A stretch of DNA of 64,000 nt, from positions 1 through 64,000 of the forward strand of contig JAAILG010000797.1 in NCBI GenBank assembly GCA_012026655.1, in the 5' to 3' direction. This document shows, one piece after another, positions 53,190-64,000 of the stretch. Source of the stretch: Hydrolagus affinis. Its lineage: Eukaryota. The position numbers were made by a program, and so were the translations under genes. The stretch's first letter is position 1; each line of letters starts with the position of its first letter. Under the pieces are notes generated by a model. It worked only from the letters and a program-made list of their open reading frames with translations, made no database searches and was not told the DNA's origin.

Positions 53190-53886
53190 CAGCGTTCTGT
53201 GGTTAGCGCTCTCGCCTCTGAGTCAGAAGGTTGTGGGTTCAAGCCCCACATCGGGACTTGGAATCACAGTCTAAGTTGACGCTCCAATCCAGGGCTGGGG
53301 ATGTGTTCCATTGTCTGAGGTGACCATAACGTGAAATGTTAAATCGAGGTCCCGTCTGCCTGTTCAGGTGACGTGAAAGATCCGATGGCAATTTTTGAGA
53401 AGAGAGTTTTTCCAGGTCTCCTGGCCAAGAATCCCACAAGTAAGGATTGGTCACTCACTCCGTGGCTGTCTGTGGGACATTGCTGTACCAAATGGGCCTT
53501 GCCGCATATTGGTCGCAAAATACACGGTTACTCCATTATTACAGTACACTTAGTCCTCGCTTAACGTCGCAGTTGTATTCGCGAAAAGTATGACTTTAGG
53601 CGAAACGACATTAAGCGACCCCGTGCAAGAATATCGGACTCTCAGCATCTATGTATGCTTTCGCTACCCAAAGTAGTTTGTTTCCACCTGCGCGAACGAT
53701 GTATTAGCGAACGTCGTGATGTTAAATGAATATTTGTTCACCTATGTATCAGCAACATAATAACGAAACAACGTTGACCGAAGCAGCGTTATGCGAGGTC
53801 TACCTGTATATCTTGAGAGGGTTTTGCTACATCTCAATGAAATGGTAAGGCAGTGCATCAAATACAAGGATGATGATTATTATTAA
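53190..53886 (+). mobile_element. Deu-domain SINE with a nested Tigger-like MITE
   Basis: tggttagcgctctcgcctctgagtcagaaggttgtgggttcaagcccca head, Deu-like core, tail caaatacaaggatgatgattattatt. Confidence 0.7.
53547..53806. mobile_element. Tigger-like MITE (second family)
   Basis: TA TSDs 53545-53546 and 53807-53808; TIRs cacttagtcctcgcttaacg / cgttatgcgaggtctacctg match 16/20. Confidence 0.7.
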
Positions 53887-54007
53887 TAATACGCAGCATA
53901 TCGTTGAGTTCCATACTTTGTGAGGACAGCCTAGTGTTGAAATCGAAGCCTTTTGGATTATAATTTGCGTTAGTTTTTAATAATTTTTTTTCTCTCTTAA
54001 TTTTTAG

Positions 54008-54079
54008 AGATCTCAGCTGGAATAAAATTGCATTCATTCACCTAGATGCTTTTGCCTCATTACGCTCCTTAACCAAACT
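54008..54079 (+). CDS. LGR6: LGR6 exon 14 (DLSWNKIAFIHLDAFASLRSLTKL)
   Basis: tttttag acceptor, gtaagt donor, 72 nt. Confidence 0.94.
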
Positions 54080-55077
54080 GTAAGTGTTTCATTTTGAATT
54101 GTTGATTCTTGTATGACCAGTTACTGTAGGTACAATCGAAGTCATCACAGGATGAAAGTGGAAGTGCGTGACATATAAACTCTGTCCCGAGAATCAAGCA
54201 GAATAGAGGATCCCAGATTCATTATTGCACGCTTTTTGACAATATATTTTCAATTTTGTATGTGTCCTCCAGTCACCTTTCATTTGTAAGATTTTATTCT
54301 TTGATAGAGGCTTATTGTTCAGCAGATCTATATTGAACAGAAGATGTGTGAATAGTTCCCATGATCTCGTATGACATGCCCACGAGCAACTGAAACTCGT
54401 TCCATTGTGCATCTCTTTATACTGTTGCTGAAGTCTATATAAAAGTTTAAAATGCATAGAAAAGACATCAAATCCTAACATATTACAAGAATAACTCCTT
54501 ACAGTTTTGACATGTTAAGGTTCCCAGCAGTCATTCAGGCTGTCAGAAAAAGTGTTTGAGGCCAAGACACTGGACTCATTTAATAAAACCAGTTGATGAT
54601 GTAATGGGAAGATGGTTGGATGGGTACTCAGCAGAGATTAGATAATATGAGCCTAGGTTCTCCTTCTTCAACCAAACTGCAGCTCGTACAATTATCAGCT
54701 CAAAAGTGCTACTGGGAATATTAAATCTTTCCTTCTCTGGAAAACAATCAAATAATTTATATTAAAATGTATTAGGAGCAAATAAGTTCCCCGGAGAGGA
54801 GGGAAGGGGGTCAAACAAAAGTCTGACCTTTACTAAAATAAGTAATTAATCTTGAATCATTTCCCTGGCTTCCAGCTCCACCACTGTCTAGCGCTATGGG
54901 ATGCTACGCTGTGTGAGGGGTGCTATAAATAAATGCAAGTTGTTGTTCTCTGTGGAGCCAGGAACTTTTTACACCCAAAAACCTGAGAGGCTTTTTTTTT
55001 AAAAATAGGAATACTTTTTGACTACATTTCATCGAATGTATATTATGTCTAACACCTACATGTCTTGTGTTCTGCAG

Positions 55078-55203
55078 CGACTTAACGTTCAACGAACTAT
55101 CCTCCCTTCCTTTGGCCGGGCTAAGTGGATTGACTCATCTGAAGCTGAAAGGGAATTTGGGACTCTCCGAAACCTATTCAGAAGAAAACTTTCCCAAACT
55201 AAG
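55078..55203 (+). CDS. LGR6: LGR6 exon 15 ([42 protein letters not shown])
   Basis: gttctgcag acceptor, gtatgg donor, 126 nt; overlaps ORF 55067-55297. Confidence 0.95.
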
Positions 55204-56153
55204 GTATGGTGCAAGGATTTATCTGAATGGCCATTTAATTCTGAAGGTTGCATTTACCCAGTTTAAACTTGAAATTTACACTTTGCTGATAAGATAAACT
55301 GCTTCCCCTTCGTTCAGCCTGGGTCAGTTGGCAGCACCGGGTATATGAATAAGGAGGCTGACAAAAAAGGCTGAGAATGGGTATACGATTCTGTTAAGAG
55401 CTCAGCTATTGTTAACTTAACTATTAATATACTGGGGGAAAAGACAGTAAATCCAGTCCAGTAGTTTGCATTTTTTGTGGTTGAAGCAATATCAATACTG
55501 AAATTCTTGCTTTGCACTCAAGGCTAATTTCTCTCTTTTTATCCTTTATGAATTGAAGTATATCAATAAATATTTTCAGAAACCTTTATTCATCCTTCTT
55601 GCAAACCACCAGGATCACATTTAGGAGCAATCACTATCTGTTTCTGTTTGTACTGCATGTTTACTACTGTACCCAATAGAAAAGCAAACCGAATAAAAAT
55701 GACAATGACATTTTAAAACAGCTTATCGTGGCCGTTTCCTGCTGCTAACCACCACATGGCTGGTTGTGGCATCCGATTAGCTATATCAAATTAGAATTAC
55801 TGTATTATCATTATTATATCCTGTGAAGTGCTTTAAGACTTCCTCACTATGAGAAAGGTGCTACGCAGGGATTATTCTTATTACTATTATAAATCCTATG
55901 AAGAACTTTTGAGACGTCCTTCTGAACTGAATGGTTCTATACCAAATGCAAAGATTATTGCGTCTACGCACAGGAGCGATCCCACTTTTATGAGAACAAA
56001 AAAGAAAGGGGAATGGGCAATGACAAAATGAAGTCTCACCTATCATTATCTATCACGATAACATTGTGTAGCGCTATGTTTGGTTCATCCTGACTGTAAG
56101 CAGTTACTTCTAATGACTAATTAACTGATAGGAACATTTCCTCTTGTTTTCAG

Positions 56154-56314
56154 AGTTCTAGAGATGCCATATGCCTATCAATGCTGTGCATATCGATCTT
56201 GCAAAACTACTTACAAACAGGGCAGCCAGTGGGATGCAGAGGATAGCGCCAGTGATAATGAGGATGTTCAAAAACGAGCCATGGGATTATTTGCAGTCCA
56301 GGCTGATAGTAACT
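56154..56314 (+). CDS. LGR6: LGR6 exon 16 (hinge; VLEMPYAYQCCAY...QADSN)
   Basis: gttttcag acceptor, gtaagt donor, 161 nt, PYAYQCC motif of LGR4/5/6. Confidence 0.95.
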
Positions 56315-56615
56315 GTAAGTATGTTTGAATAGTCCTCACACAAGACACAGACCAGATCTGATTGTTCTATCAACACAGCTAAAATTGGTCAATACTTTTT
56401 GACTGTTTGTGAGTCGAATTGGCTGCTCCGTTTGTCAACAAATACACACTCCACCTTACTGTAAAGCCTTGGGAAGCACTTTGAGATATCCGTTTATTTA
56501 TTCTCTTTATTGTACATGAAGGGCACTTTATAAATACAAGTTGCGGTTGTTGTGGTTGTTGTGGTTGTTGTTGTTGTTGGGTAACCAATGTGATCTTCTT
56601 TGCTAAAATGCACAG

Positions 56616-56696
56616 ATTACCTGGATATGGATGATTTCTTGTTGGATGTGGAAGATGCCAAAATGCACCTCACTATTCAGTGCACCCCCATTCCCG
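56616..56696 (+). CDS. LGR6: LGR6 exon 17 (hinge; YYLDMDDFLLDVEDAKMHLTIQCTPIP)
   Basis: gcacag acceptor, gtgagt donor, 81 nt, phase 1-1, joins exons 16 and 18 in frame. Confidence 0.9.
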
Positions 56697-56973
56697 GTGA
56701 GTTGCCTGCATTCAATCACATATTCCCCCCACCATCCAACCCTACCCAAAAAATAAGAAAATGAAACGAAAATTTTTTTACGTGTAGAACTTTACCTTCT
56801 GCAAGTGGCCGATATCAATTCATTGTTTAAACGCGACTCGTTCAAAGTAATAATGCATTGACACCCAGAGTGCAGGAAAGCGGCCAAAGGTTGCAAAATG
56901 GAAACCAGATGACATGAGTTCTTGTTCAGTGTTTTTAACCAAAAAAAACTTGTTGTTTAATATGTCGTCGCAG

Positions 56974-58229
56974 GTCCATTCAAGCCATGCGAATATCTCT
57001 TTGAAAGTTGGGTGATACGTCTCGGAGTGTGGGGCATAGTTCTCATCTCTGTGATCTGCAATGGACTGGTCATCACTACCATATTCGCATCGCCCACCTA
57101 TCTTTCGCCGGTGAAATTTGTGATCGGTTTGATAGCTGGAGCCAACTTGCTGACGGGGCTTTACAACGGCATCCTAGCGATTGTGGATGCTTTGACCTTT
57201 GCAGAGTTTGCAAAGCACGGCGCCAAATGGGAGACCGGCCTGGGCTGCAGAATCACGGGATTCATGTCCGTATTTGCCTCCGAAGCGTCCATACTGTTCC
57301 TCACCCTCGCCGCGGTGCAGTGCAGTATCTCTGTGTCCTGCGTCCGAGCTTACGGGAAGTCCCCGTCTTTCAGTAGCGTGAAAGTCGCCGCCTTTTGCTG
57401 CGTGGCTCTGTCGTTCAGCGCGGCAGCCCTCCCGCTGTGCTCGGTCGGAGAGTTCGGGACTTCACCACTGTGCCTGCCTTCCCCTATCCCTGATGGAAAG
57501 CCATCCACTCTAGGCTTCATGGTGGCTCTCATCATGATGAACACCCTCTGTTTCCTCGTCATCACCGGTACCTACACCAAGCTTTACTGCGACCTAATGA
57601 AAGGGGAATTTGATAGCATTTGGGACTGTGCCATGATCAAGCACGTTGCTTGGCTGATCTTCACCAACTGTATCCTGTACTGCCCCGTGGCCTTCCTTAC
57701 CTTCTCCTCGCTGCTCAACTTGTTCCTAATCAGTCCAGAAGTCATCAAATCCATCCTGCTGGTGGTTCTCCCTCTCCCTGCTTGCCTGAACCCTCTACTC
57801 TATCTGTTATTCAACCCACATTTCAAAGAGGACCTGCGCATGCTCCGTGAATGCAAGTGGCAGAAGAGGTACAAATCGAATGAAGGCAGCATAGATTCCC
57901 TCACCTCAGATGACATGGATAAGCAGTCGTGCGATTCCACCCTGGCTCTGATGACCTTTGCAGACAATGAAATGGCACTTGACTCGACCGATAACCTTGG
58001 AGTTCTGTCCGGTCACCACCGGGCCATTGAGGCCTATCCGTTTCCTGTGACTCTTATCCCTTGCCAGCAGAGGAAAGGCAATGGGATGGAGGAGAGCTAT
58101 TCAACCCATCATTCCTGCCTCACCGATGAGGAATTCTTGATCACTTCACAGATGACAGAGCGAGCCCACAACAACATTCAGATCAGCATTTATCCAACCA
58201 AAGGTCCTTCCTTCACATCTCATGTATAA
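56974..58229 (+). CDS. LGR6: LGR6 exon 18 (7TM domain and C-terminal tail)
   Basis: gtcgcag acceptor; [13 protein letters not shown], then seven hydrophobic helices, [11 protein letters not shown] (NPxxY), KQSCDST, ending SFTSHV-TAA; contains ORF 57012-58229. Confidence 0.97.
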
Positions 58230-59206
58230 GTATCAATGGCTCAGTGATCCCCTGAGAAGCACAGGGTCTCTGGTAAACACCTAATGACAACCGATGCCAA
58301 GATGGGAATTACAACGCTGGGAATTCATACGAGGAACCAATTCCTGCTCAGACAGCGAAAGTAGCACTGCCATAAATGTTATCTAGTCTAATGGATGGTC
58401 AGGCGTACGTTTCAGAATACCAGGTGGCTTTTGGCAAGTATGTGCATGAGTGGTGTAGCTACAAGTGTATATGTAAGTGCAAAACCAAAATAGCCACCAC
58501 TTTCGTAGGGTTACAAAACTGACGGTACAATATTTAAGAGATAGTTTCCTTTACAATGTTTTATGTCATTAAAGGGAAAGCAAATCTATTAGCACTTGAA
58601 TCACGGGACTGCCAGAAGTCATCAAATGTGTTAACCAGTGTTAACATATGGTGTGTTGTCAGTAAAAATGGACTTATTTAGTAGCACACTTGTGCTATAT
58701 GACAATGAATTGCTAATATGTACTCCTGGCTATATTTGTACAATATTGAATCTTTTGGTAGATGTGAGAAATTACTCCAGCAGAGAGGGAAATGGATAAA
58801 TTGTTCATCTGACATTATATTCAGATAGAAAAGCATGAAAACATGGCAGCCTTACAATGCTGACTTTCTTTTTTATATTCTGATACCCTTGTAGAAGTGG
58901 ATGATAAATGAACGATAGAAATATATTTATTACAATAGAAACTTTCTGCATAGAGATCCCGTAAATCACACCTCTTTTTTCGATTGGAAAACACAAGACA
59001 ATGTATAGTAAACTATCTCTTACTAGTAAACTATTGTCCTTTTACTGACAAAATTGTTACTTTTTATAAAAAAAACTTTTTAAACTTTTAGTTGTAAAAA
59101 TATAGAAAGTTATTTGGATGTACATATTTTATGTACCGTACTCTGTTTTCAAGAGACTAAACTTAGCAAATATATGGCAAAAGTAAATCATTCCTTTCTT
59201 ATAACA
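58230..59206 (+). other. LGR6: Putative LGR6 3' UTR
   Basis: AT-rich sequence without recognisable transposons after the stop; the end is inferred from a variant polyA signal. Confidence 0.45.
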
Positions 59207-59220
59207 TCCTTGTTGTGTCT
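59182..59220 (+). terminator. Candidate non-canonical polyadenylation site (AGTAAA ... CA ... GU-rich)
   Basis: AGTAAA 59182-59187, CA 59205-59206, downstream ttgttgtgtct, upstream TGTA motifs; an alternative ATTAAA lies at 58568-58573. Confidence 0.4.
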
Positions 59221-60384
59221 CACTCTATTTGGAGTTGTTTATTCCCTTTTCATTCTTGATTTCAATTGCTACAACAAACGTTGAACCGTGCGGAATTCTA
59301 AAGCAACTTGACATTGAAACATTTGCTAGAATTGAATTTAATGTGGTGGCTCAGGATTTGTGGTTGGTATAGGGTTAGGCCAATTGAAAATCTGATCCCT
59401 TCATGCAGTACATTAATGTTTTCCTACCACGAAAATTTTCCACATGTCAAGCATCTATTAGTTCCTTTCGAGTAAACATCAGCAATTTTTTTTTCTCACC
59501 AATTGGTGCTGGTAGTTATAGAAGAAAGCTGTGGACATAAAGCATAGACCGAGGAGATTTTGTTTTATGAACAACTGATCAATTCGATTTTTGTCTGCAA
59601 TAATTGAATTGAAATGTGAGGATAAGCAAATGGAAAAGAAACTATTACTAAAACGCCTCTGGAATCCCAGCCTATCTTATCTAAAATAATAGACCACCGA
59701 ATTGATTTTTTTTTATCATTGCTATAATTAATCTTTTCAAAAGCTGTAGGCTTTACTCTTTGATTAAATACTTTGCCAGTGACACAAAATAAATTCAGGG
59801 AATTGACTGCATATGTTGTGGGTAGAATGCAGAAACTCATTGCACTACAGCAGTGTCCCACAAACAGTCATGGATTGAATTGACCAGTTTATTGTTTGGT
59901 TGGTCAACTACAGTAGCACTCTTAGAAAATTACCGACCTGTAATGAATACAGTACTAATTGTTCCCAGGGATGAGTTAAGCATTGCTGTATTACTCTAGG
60001 GAGAGAGTGTGCACTGCATTCCATACAAACGGAAACTTCCACGCAGACATGGAACCTAGTTTGGATTGGAGACTCTTAAAAATTGGTGATGGGTAACCAC
60101 ATGTGTCTGACCAATGAAGACCAAGTGTAATTCAGATGTCCGGCTACAAATATCAGTCAATTTACTGATGAACATAGTTCAGTGCCTCGGTCTGCTCCAT
60201 AGGCATATACACACAATCACACAGATAAAAATAGCACAATAGGTCATCCATAATATCAAATGTCTCAATGCTCTGGATTGATATTTTGGCAAATGGAACC
60301 GTTACTGGGGAAGTGAAAATCAATGCCTGGCTCTCTTAAAGCAGAGAATTCTTGAAAGAAGACATGAGGAAGAAGGAAATTTTA

Positions 60385-60711
60385 ATAATAATAATACTAA
60401 TAATAATCCTTGCATGTCATTCAGCGTTTTATCATATCTTCGAGACATCTCAAAGTGCTTTGCAGACTACATGTAAACCGAACTGACTGTATATTATGTG
60501 GGTGAAATGCAGCAGCCAATTGCGCGCAGCAGTGACCCACAACCAATCGTGGATTGAACAACCAACGTTTTGGTTTTAAGCGATTTATTACCCATGGAAA
60601 GATGATCTGCCAGTCAACTAACAATTGGGTTCCTACTAACTACAGTACTAGGTAAACAGAGGCATGTAGATTAAGGAAACTTATTCAACATTTTGCACTG
60701 CTCAGGAATCG
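60385..60711 (-). mobile_element. tRNA-headed SINE
   Basis: Family tail and body on the minus strand. Confidence 0.7.
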
Positions 60712-62441
60712 ACAATTGGCCAATTTCTGTATTGTGTCATTCTATATAATTCCAGGCAATATATTTAAGAAGAAGTGTATGAGATTCCTCACCAACAGTT
60801 ACACTAAAGGGCACGGCTTAAATAAGGCTAAAAACAAGCCACAGATCAGATGTCCTTCAGGCTATTTGGATTCGTCAATGTTTTAAGTCACCAACATGTC
60901 GTTAATCAACTTCCAATCTCATAATATTGGATGCGCGGATGTTTGTGTCCAAACCTGTATCAATATCCTGTTCAGCCATCTGTTGCATTTTGCAGATTTC
61001 TAACAGAGAAATATGTGGTGTAGAACAAGGAGACACGTCAATTACCTGCTATGACACATTCATGTGTTTCTATGATAATAAACCACTTTGGTTTCTACAA
61101 CTGTGTCCAATTGAACATGGTAATTGGCATTTGTTAACAGAAATGGCAAATGGGGAAAAACACAAACACTATCAAGGCTCTTGGAAGTAGCTCACTCTCT
61201 GAACTAACTCAGGATTGTACTTAGTGAGATCAAGTATTGTGGCTCCAATGTTATCCACACAACCGAATAACAAAATTACATTTGTATAGCTCCTTTCACG
61301 TCGGGAAAACGTCCCAAGACACTGGAGTAAAGGAGAAAATCAATCAAAGCCAAAGAGAAAATGTGAATAGATTCAAAATTAAGGATTGTTGGGCATAATA
61401 TCTGTTCTTTAACTTACCCATGATTGATTGTCATCATTTTTATAAATATCTTTTTAAGAAATAGGTTTTACGCGAGTCCAACACAGTTTTGTTTATTTTC
61501 TACTTCCTTGGCAATGTTTCCTGTCGGAATACTTTCTCCTTCAAAGAGACCACTAGTGTTTAAACAATGTGTGGTCCTGCACTGCACAACTGTCCTACGT
61601 CTTGTGCATTTAAATCAATGGGACAATGCTTGGTGAGGACTCTACTTTTCCTGTGTGTGGCATTCGGATGGAACTCATTTGTATGTGGGAGTCATAACTT
61701 TATCCAGTCTCCAGTTTAATTACTCTATAAACCACCCTTGTGAATATTTTGTTGTGAATTCATAAACTGCCAACCACTTCCTCTGCGGAAAATAAATCAC
61801 CATCTGGTTGGAGTGAATGGGAGAAAAATTAGATTCCGAGCCTCATTCAAAATTCATGGTTTATGAAGCAAACTTAAGACACCGTAATGATCCTTACCAA
61901 CATTCCTAATATAAATTGTTCATACAAATCAAGACATTCAATGGTTATTTGTAAGGGATGCGACGTGTTGAGTGTCACTAGTGATAATGAACACAATAAC
62001 TTACATTTTATATAGAGACCTTCATGTATGGTAACATCTTGGAGTGCTTAATATTTTACCATTTTTTTCCGAGAGATTTCTCGACAATCCTTGTTTTCCT
62101 TGAAAAGAGACGCTGACTCATTATCCAACAACAACAACAACAAATTACATTTATAGAGCGCCTTTCACGTCGGGAGGACGTCCCAATAGATGCTTTCTCC
62201 ATAGATGCTGCTTGACCCTCTAAGTGGTTCCCAGCGACTTCTGCTTTTGTTTTCCAACTCCTCATTGTCTCCCATTACTTTGCTGTTATTTTTGTTTTAA
62301 TTGAAATATACCCTTTGTTTACTGGAGCCTCAGAGGGAAAAGCACAAACCACACTGAGCCATGCCTCAGTCTCAGTTTTTCTAGCGCAGCATCCAACCCC
62401 TATCCCTCTCAAATGTTCCGAGTCATTACCCTATGTGAAGT

Positions 62442-62697
62442 GGAGTCCTGCAGCTCAGTGGTTAGAGCACTCGCCTTACAAGCATGAGACCTGTGTTCGA
62501 ATCCAGGCAGGTCAGGGCAATACCTTGGGCAAGTTTCCTTACTCCACACGCCTAATAATAATCCCTCAAAAAAAACACAATAATAAAATTTGGTCATTTC
62601 AACCCACGACTGTGTGTGGGACACTGCTGTGCACAAATACAGTACATTGTGAAGCGCTTTGAGACTTCTAAAAGGGAAATGCAAGGATTATTATTTA
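62442..62697 (+). mobile_element. tRNA-headed SINE, followed by an L2 tail ending (TTG)n at about 62760
   Basis: cagctcagtggttagag A box, gttcgaatcc B box. Confidence 0.8.
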
Positions 62698-63237
62698 TCA
62701 GCGCCTTGGGACATCTTCCTAATGTGAAAGGCGCTTTATAAATGTAATTTTGTTGTTGTTGAAGTGTGCTGGATAACCTATAAATTCCCCTCTTGCTGTT
62801 CACTAATATTTTTCTTTTCTCTTGCATTCTGCTTTCATATAAAGGTAAGTTATTTGTTTTAAAATCACAGAGAAGCTGTGAACCCCTATATCATCCGTTG
62901 TTGAATTGCCTGGTAAAATGCCATTCTGGGCCAGTCAATTGACCCACAACCAGGATTTGACTCCACTAGTCACCACCCAACAGCCACCACAGAAGGAAAA
63001 TAGTCAGTTTGGTAACAGACGAAAGCCAGGCAGATCAGGGCGAAACCTTGGGCAACTTTCCGTACTCCACACGCCTAATAATAATGCTTTCAAAAAACCC
63101 ACAATAATAAAATTGGTTATTTCAATCCACGGCTGTTTGTGTCTGTGCGCAATTGGCTGCCACGTTTCGCCCACAAATATACAGTCAATTCACTTTAGAG
63201 TATATTCTGTGAAATGCTTTGAGACGTCTAAAGACGA

Positions 63238-64000
63238 CCTTGAAAGAGTGGTTGCCTCCCAGCTCCGCTCCTTCCTTTCAACTCACTCACTCCTTGAACC
63301 CCTCCAATCAGATTTCTGCCATGCTCACAGCACGGAAACTGCCTGGTCAAGGTTACAAACGACATCCTAACCGCCTGCGACCAGGGCTCCCTCTGCCTCC
63401 TCATCCTCCTTGACCTGTCTGCTGCGTTCGACACAGTCGATCACATCATCCTCCTCCAACGTCTTTCCTCCCACCTGAACCTTCAAGGCACAGTCCTTGA
63501 CTGGTTCCATTCCTACCTGACCCACCGCCTACATTTTGTATCTTCTAACGGTTTCTCCTCTAACCCCCGCACAGTTTGTCATGGCGTCCCCCAGGGCTCT
63601 GTCCTTGGCCCCATCCTTTTCACCATTTACACGCTCCCTCTGGGCGATGTCATCCACAAACATGGGGTAAATTTCCACATGTATCCGGATGACACCCAAC
63701 TGTACCTCTTAGCCTCATCCCTCAACCCCCAGACCATCGATGTTCTGACAGCATGTCTGTCCGACATCGAGTCCTGGACGAGGGACAACTTCCTCCTCCG
63801 CACATCGGGCGCTGCCAGCCTCAACATCCAAGGCTGTACTCTCCACCTCACAAAGCCAGTCAGGAACATCGGCATCACGTTCGACCATAAATGCTCCTTC
63901 CTCCCACACATTCGTGCCTTGACCGGCACCGCTTATTTCCACCTGCGCAACATTGCCAGGCTCCGCAACTACTCACCCCCCCACGCTGCCGAATCACTCG
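63238..64000 (+). pseudogene. 5'-truncated L2-clade LINE, decayed reverse transcriptase, runs off the window
   Basis: LERVVASQL...HSTETA, frameshift near 63343, KVTND, LLDLSAAFDTVDH, GVPQGSVLGP, YPDD at 63682-63693 in place of YADD; joins a SINE tail (about 63025-63237). Confidence 0.9.

Larger units (their letters stand above)
2765..58229 (+). other. LGR6: LGR6 gene body (5'-partial, coding exons 3-18)
   Basis: 16 GT-AG exons total 2620 nt and splice in frame: LRRs, Cys-containing hinge, 7TM, C-tail. LGR6-type residues: RLSGNHL, TM3 LAAVQCS (LGR4/5 have ER at this position), [12 protein letters not shown]-terminal SHV. Confidence 0.93.

Noticed and set aside
57008-57850. Alternative-frame and antisense ORFs overlapping exon 18
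   Set aside because: By-products of GC-rich coding sequence, with no recognisable domains.
57012-58229. 405-aa ORF as a stand-alone single-exon GPCR
   Set aside because: It starts at a GTG inside the spliced terminal exon (acceptor ends at 56973) and is continuous with the upstream LRR exons.
2765-58229. Assignment as LGR5 or LGR4
   Set aside because: TM3 [25 protein letters not shown] and the terminal SHV fit LGR6 better. A phylogeny was not run.
62906-63370. 154-aa ORF
   Set aside because: Chimeric read-through of unique, SINE and L2 sequence; the RT is frameshifted and has YPDD.
1-64000. CRISPR-like array or prokaryotic system suggested by recurring motifs such as caaatgcaaggattattatt
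   Set aside because: The recurrences are dispersed SINE/LINE tails in both orientations with irregular spacing, in a spliced vertebrate locus.

Overview
Vertebrate genomic DNA, most likely a cartilaginous fish (the repeat content suggests elephant shark/chimaera; this is inference). The window holds the 3' part of an LGR6 gene (R-spondin receptor, LRR-containing GPCR) on the + strand. Sixteen GT-AG exons (numbered 3-18 by analogy with mammalian LGR5/6) run from 2765 to the stop at 58229 and splice in frame into 872 residues. Exons 1-2 are not in the window. Introns and flanks are packed with tRNA-headed Deu-type SINEs, L2 and CR1 LINE fragments, DNA-transposon MITEs (pogo/Tigger-like, hAT/Charlie-like, Kolobok-like foldback) and Penelope-like termini carrying minimal hammerhead-ribozyme motifs. 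There are three 100-N assembly gaps. No prokaryote-type system is present, and I found no clearly new biological system. The best leads are: a compact Penelope-derived inverted element with a hammerhead core and target-site duplication; a templated repair scar inside a MITE; a TTAA foldback MITE; a TCF/LEF site cluster in intron 4; and a LINE-tail microsatellite that may supply the exon 7 branch point. Repeat boundaries were read by eye and are approximate.
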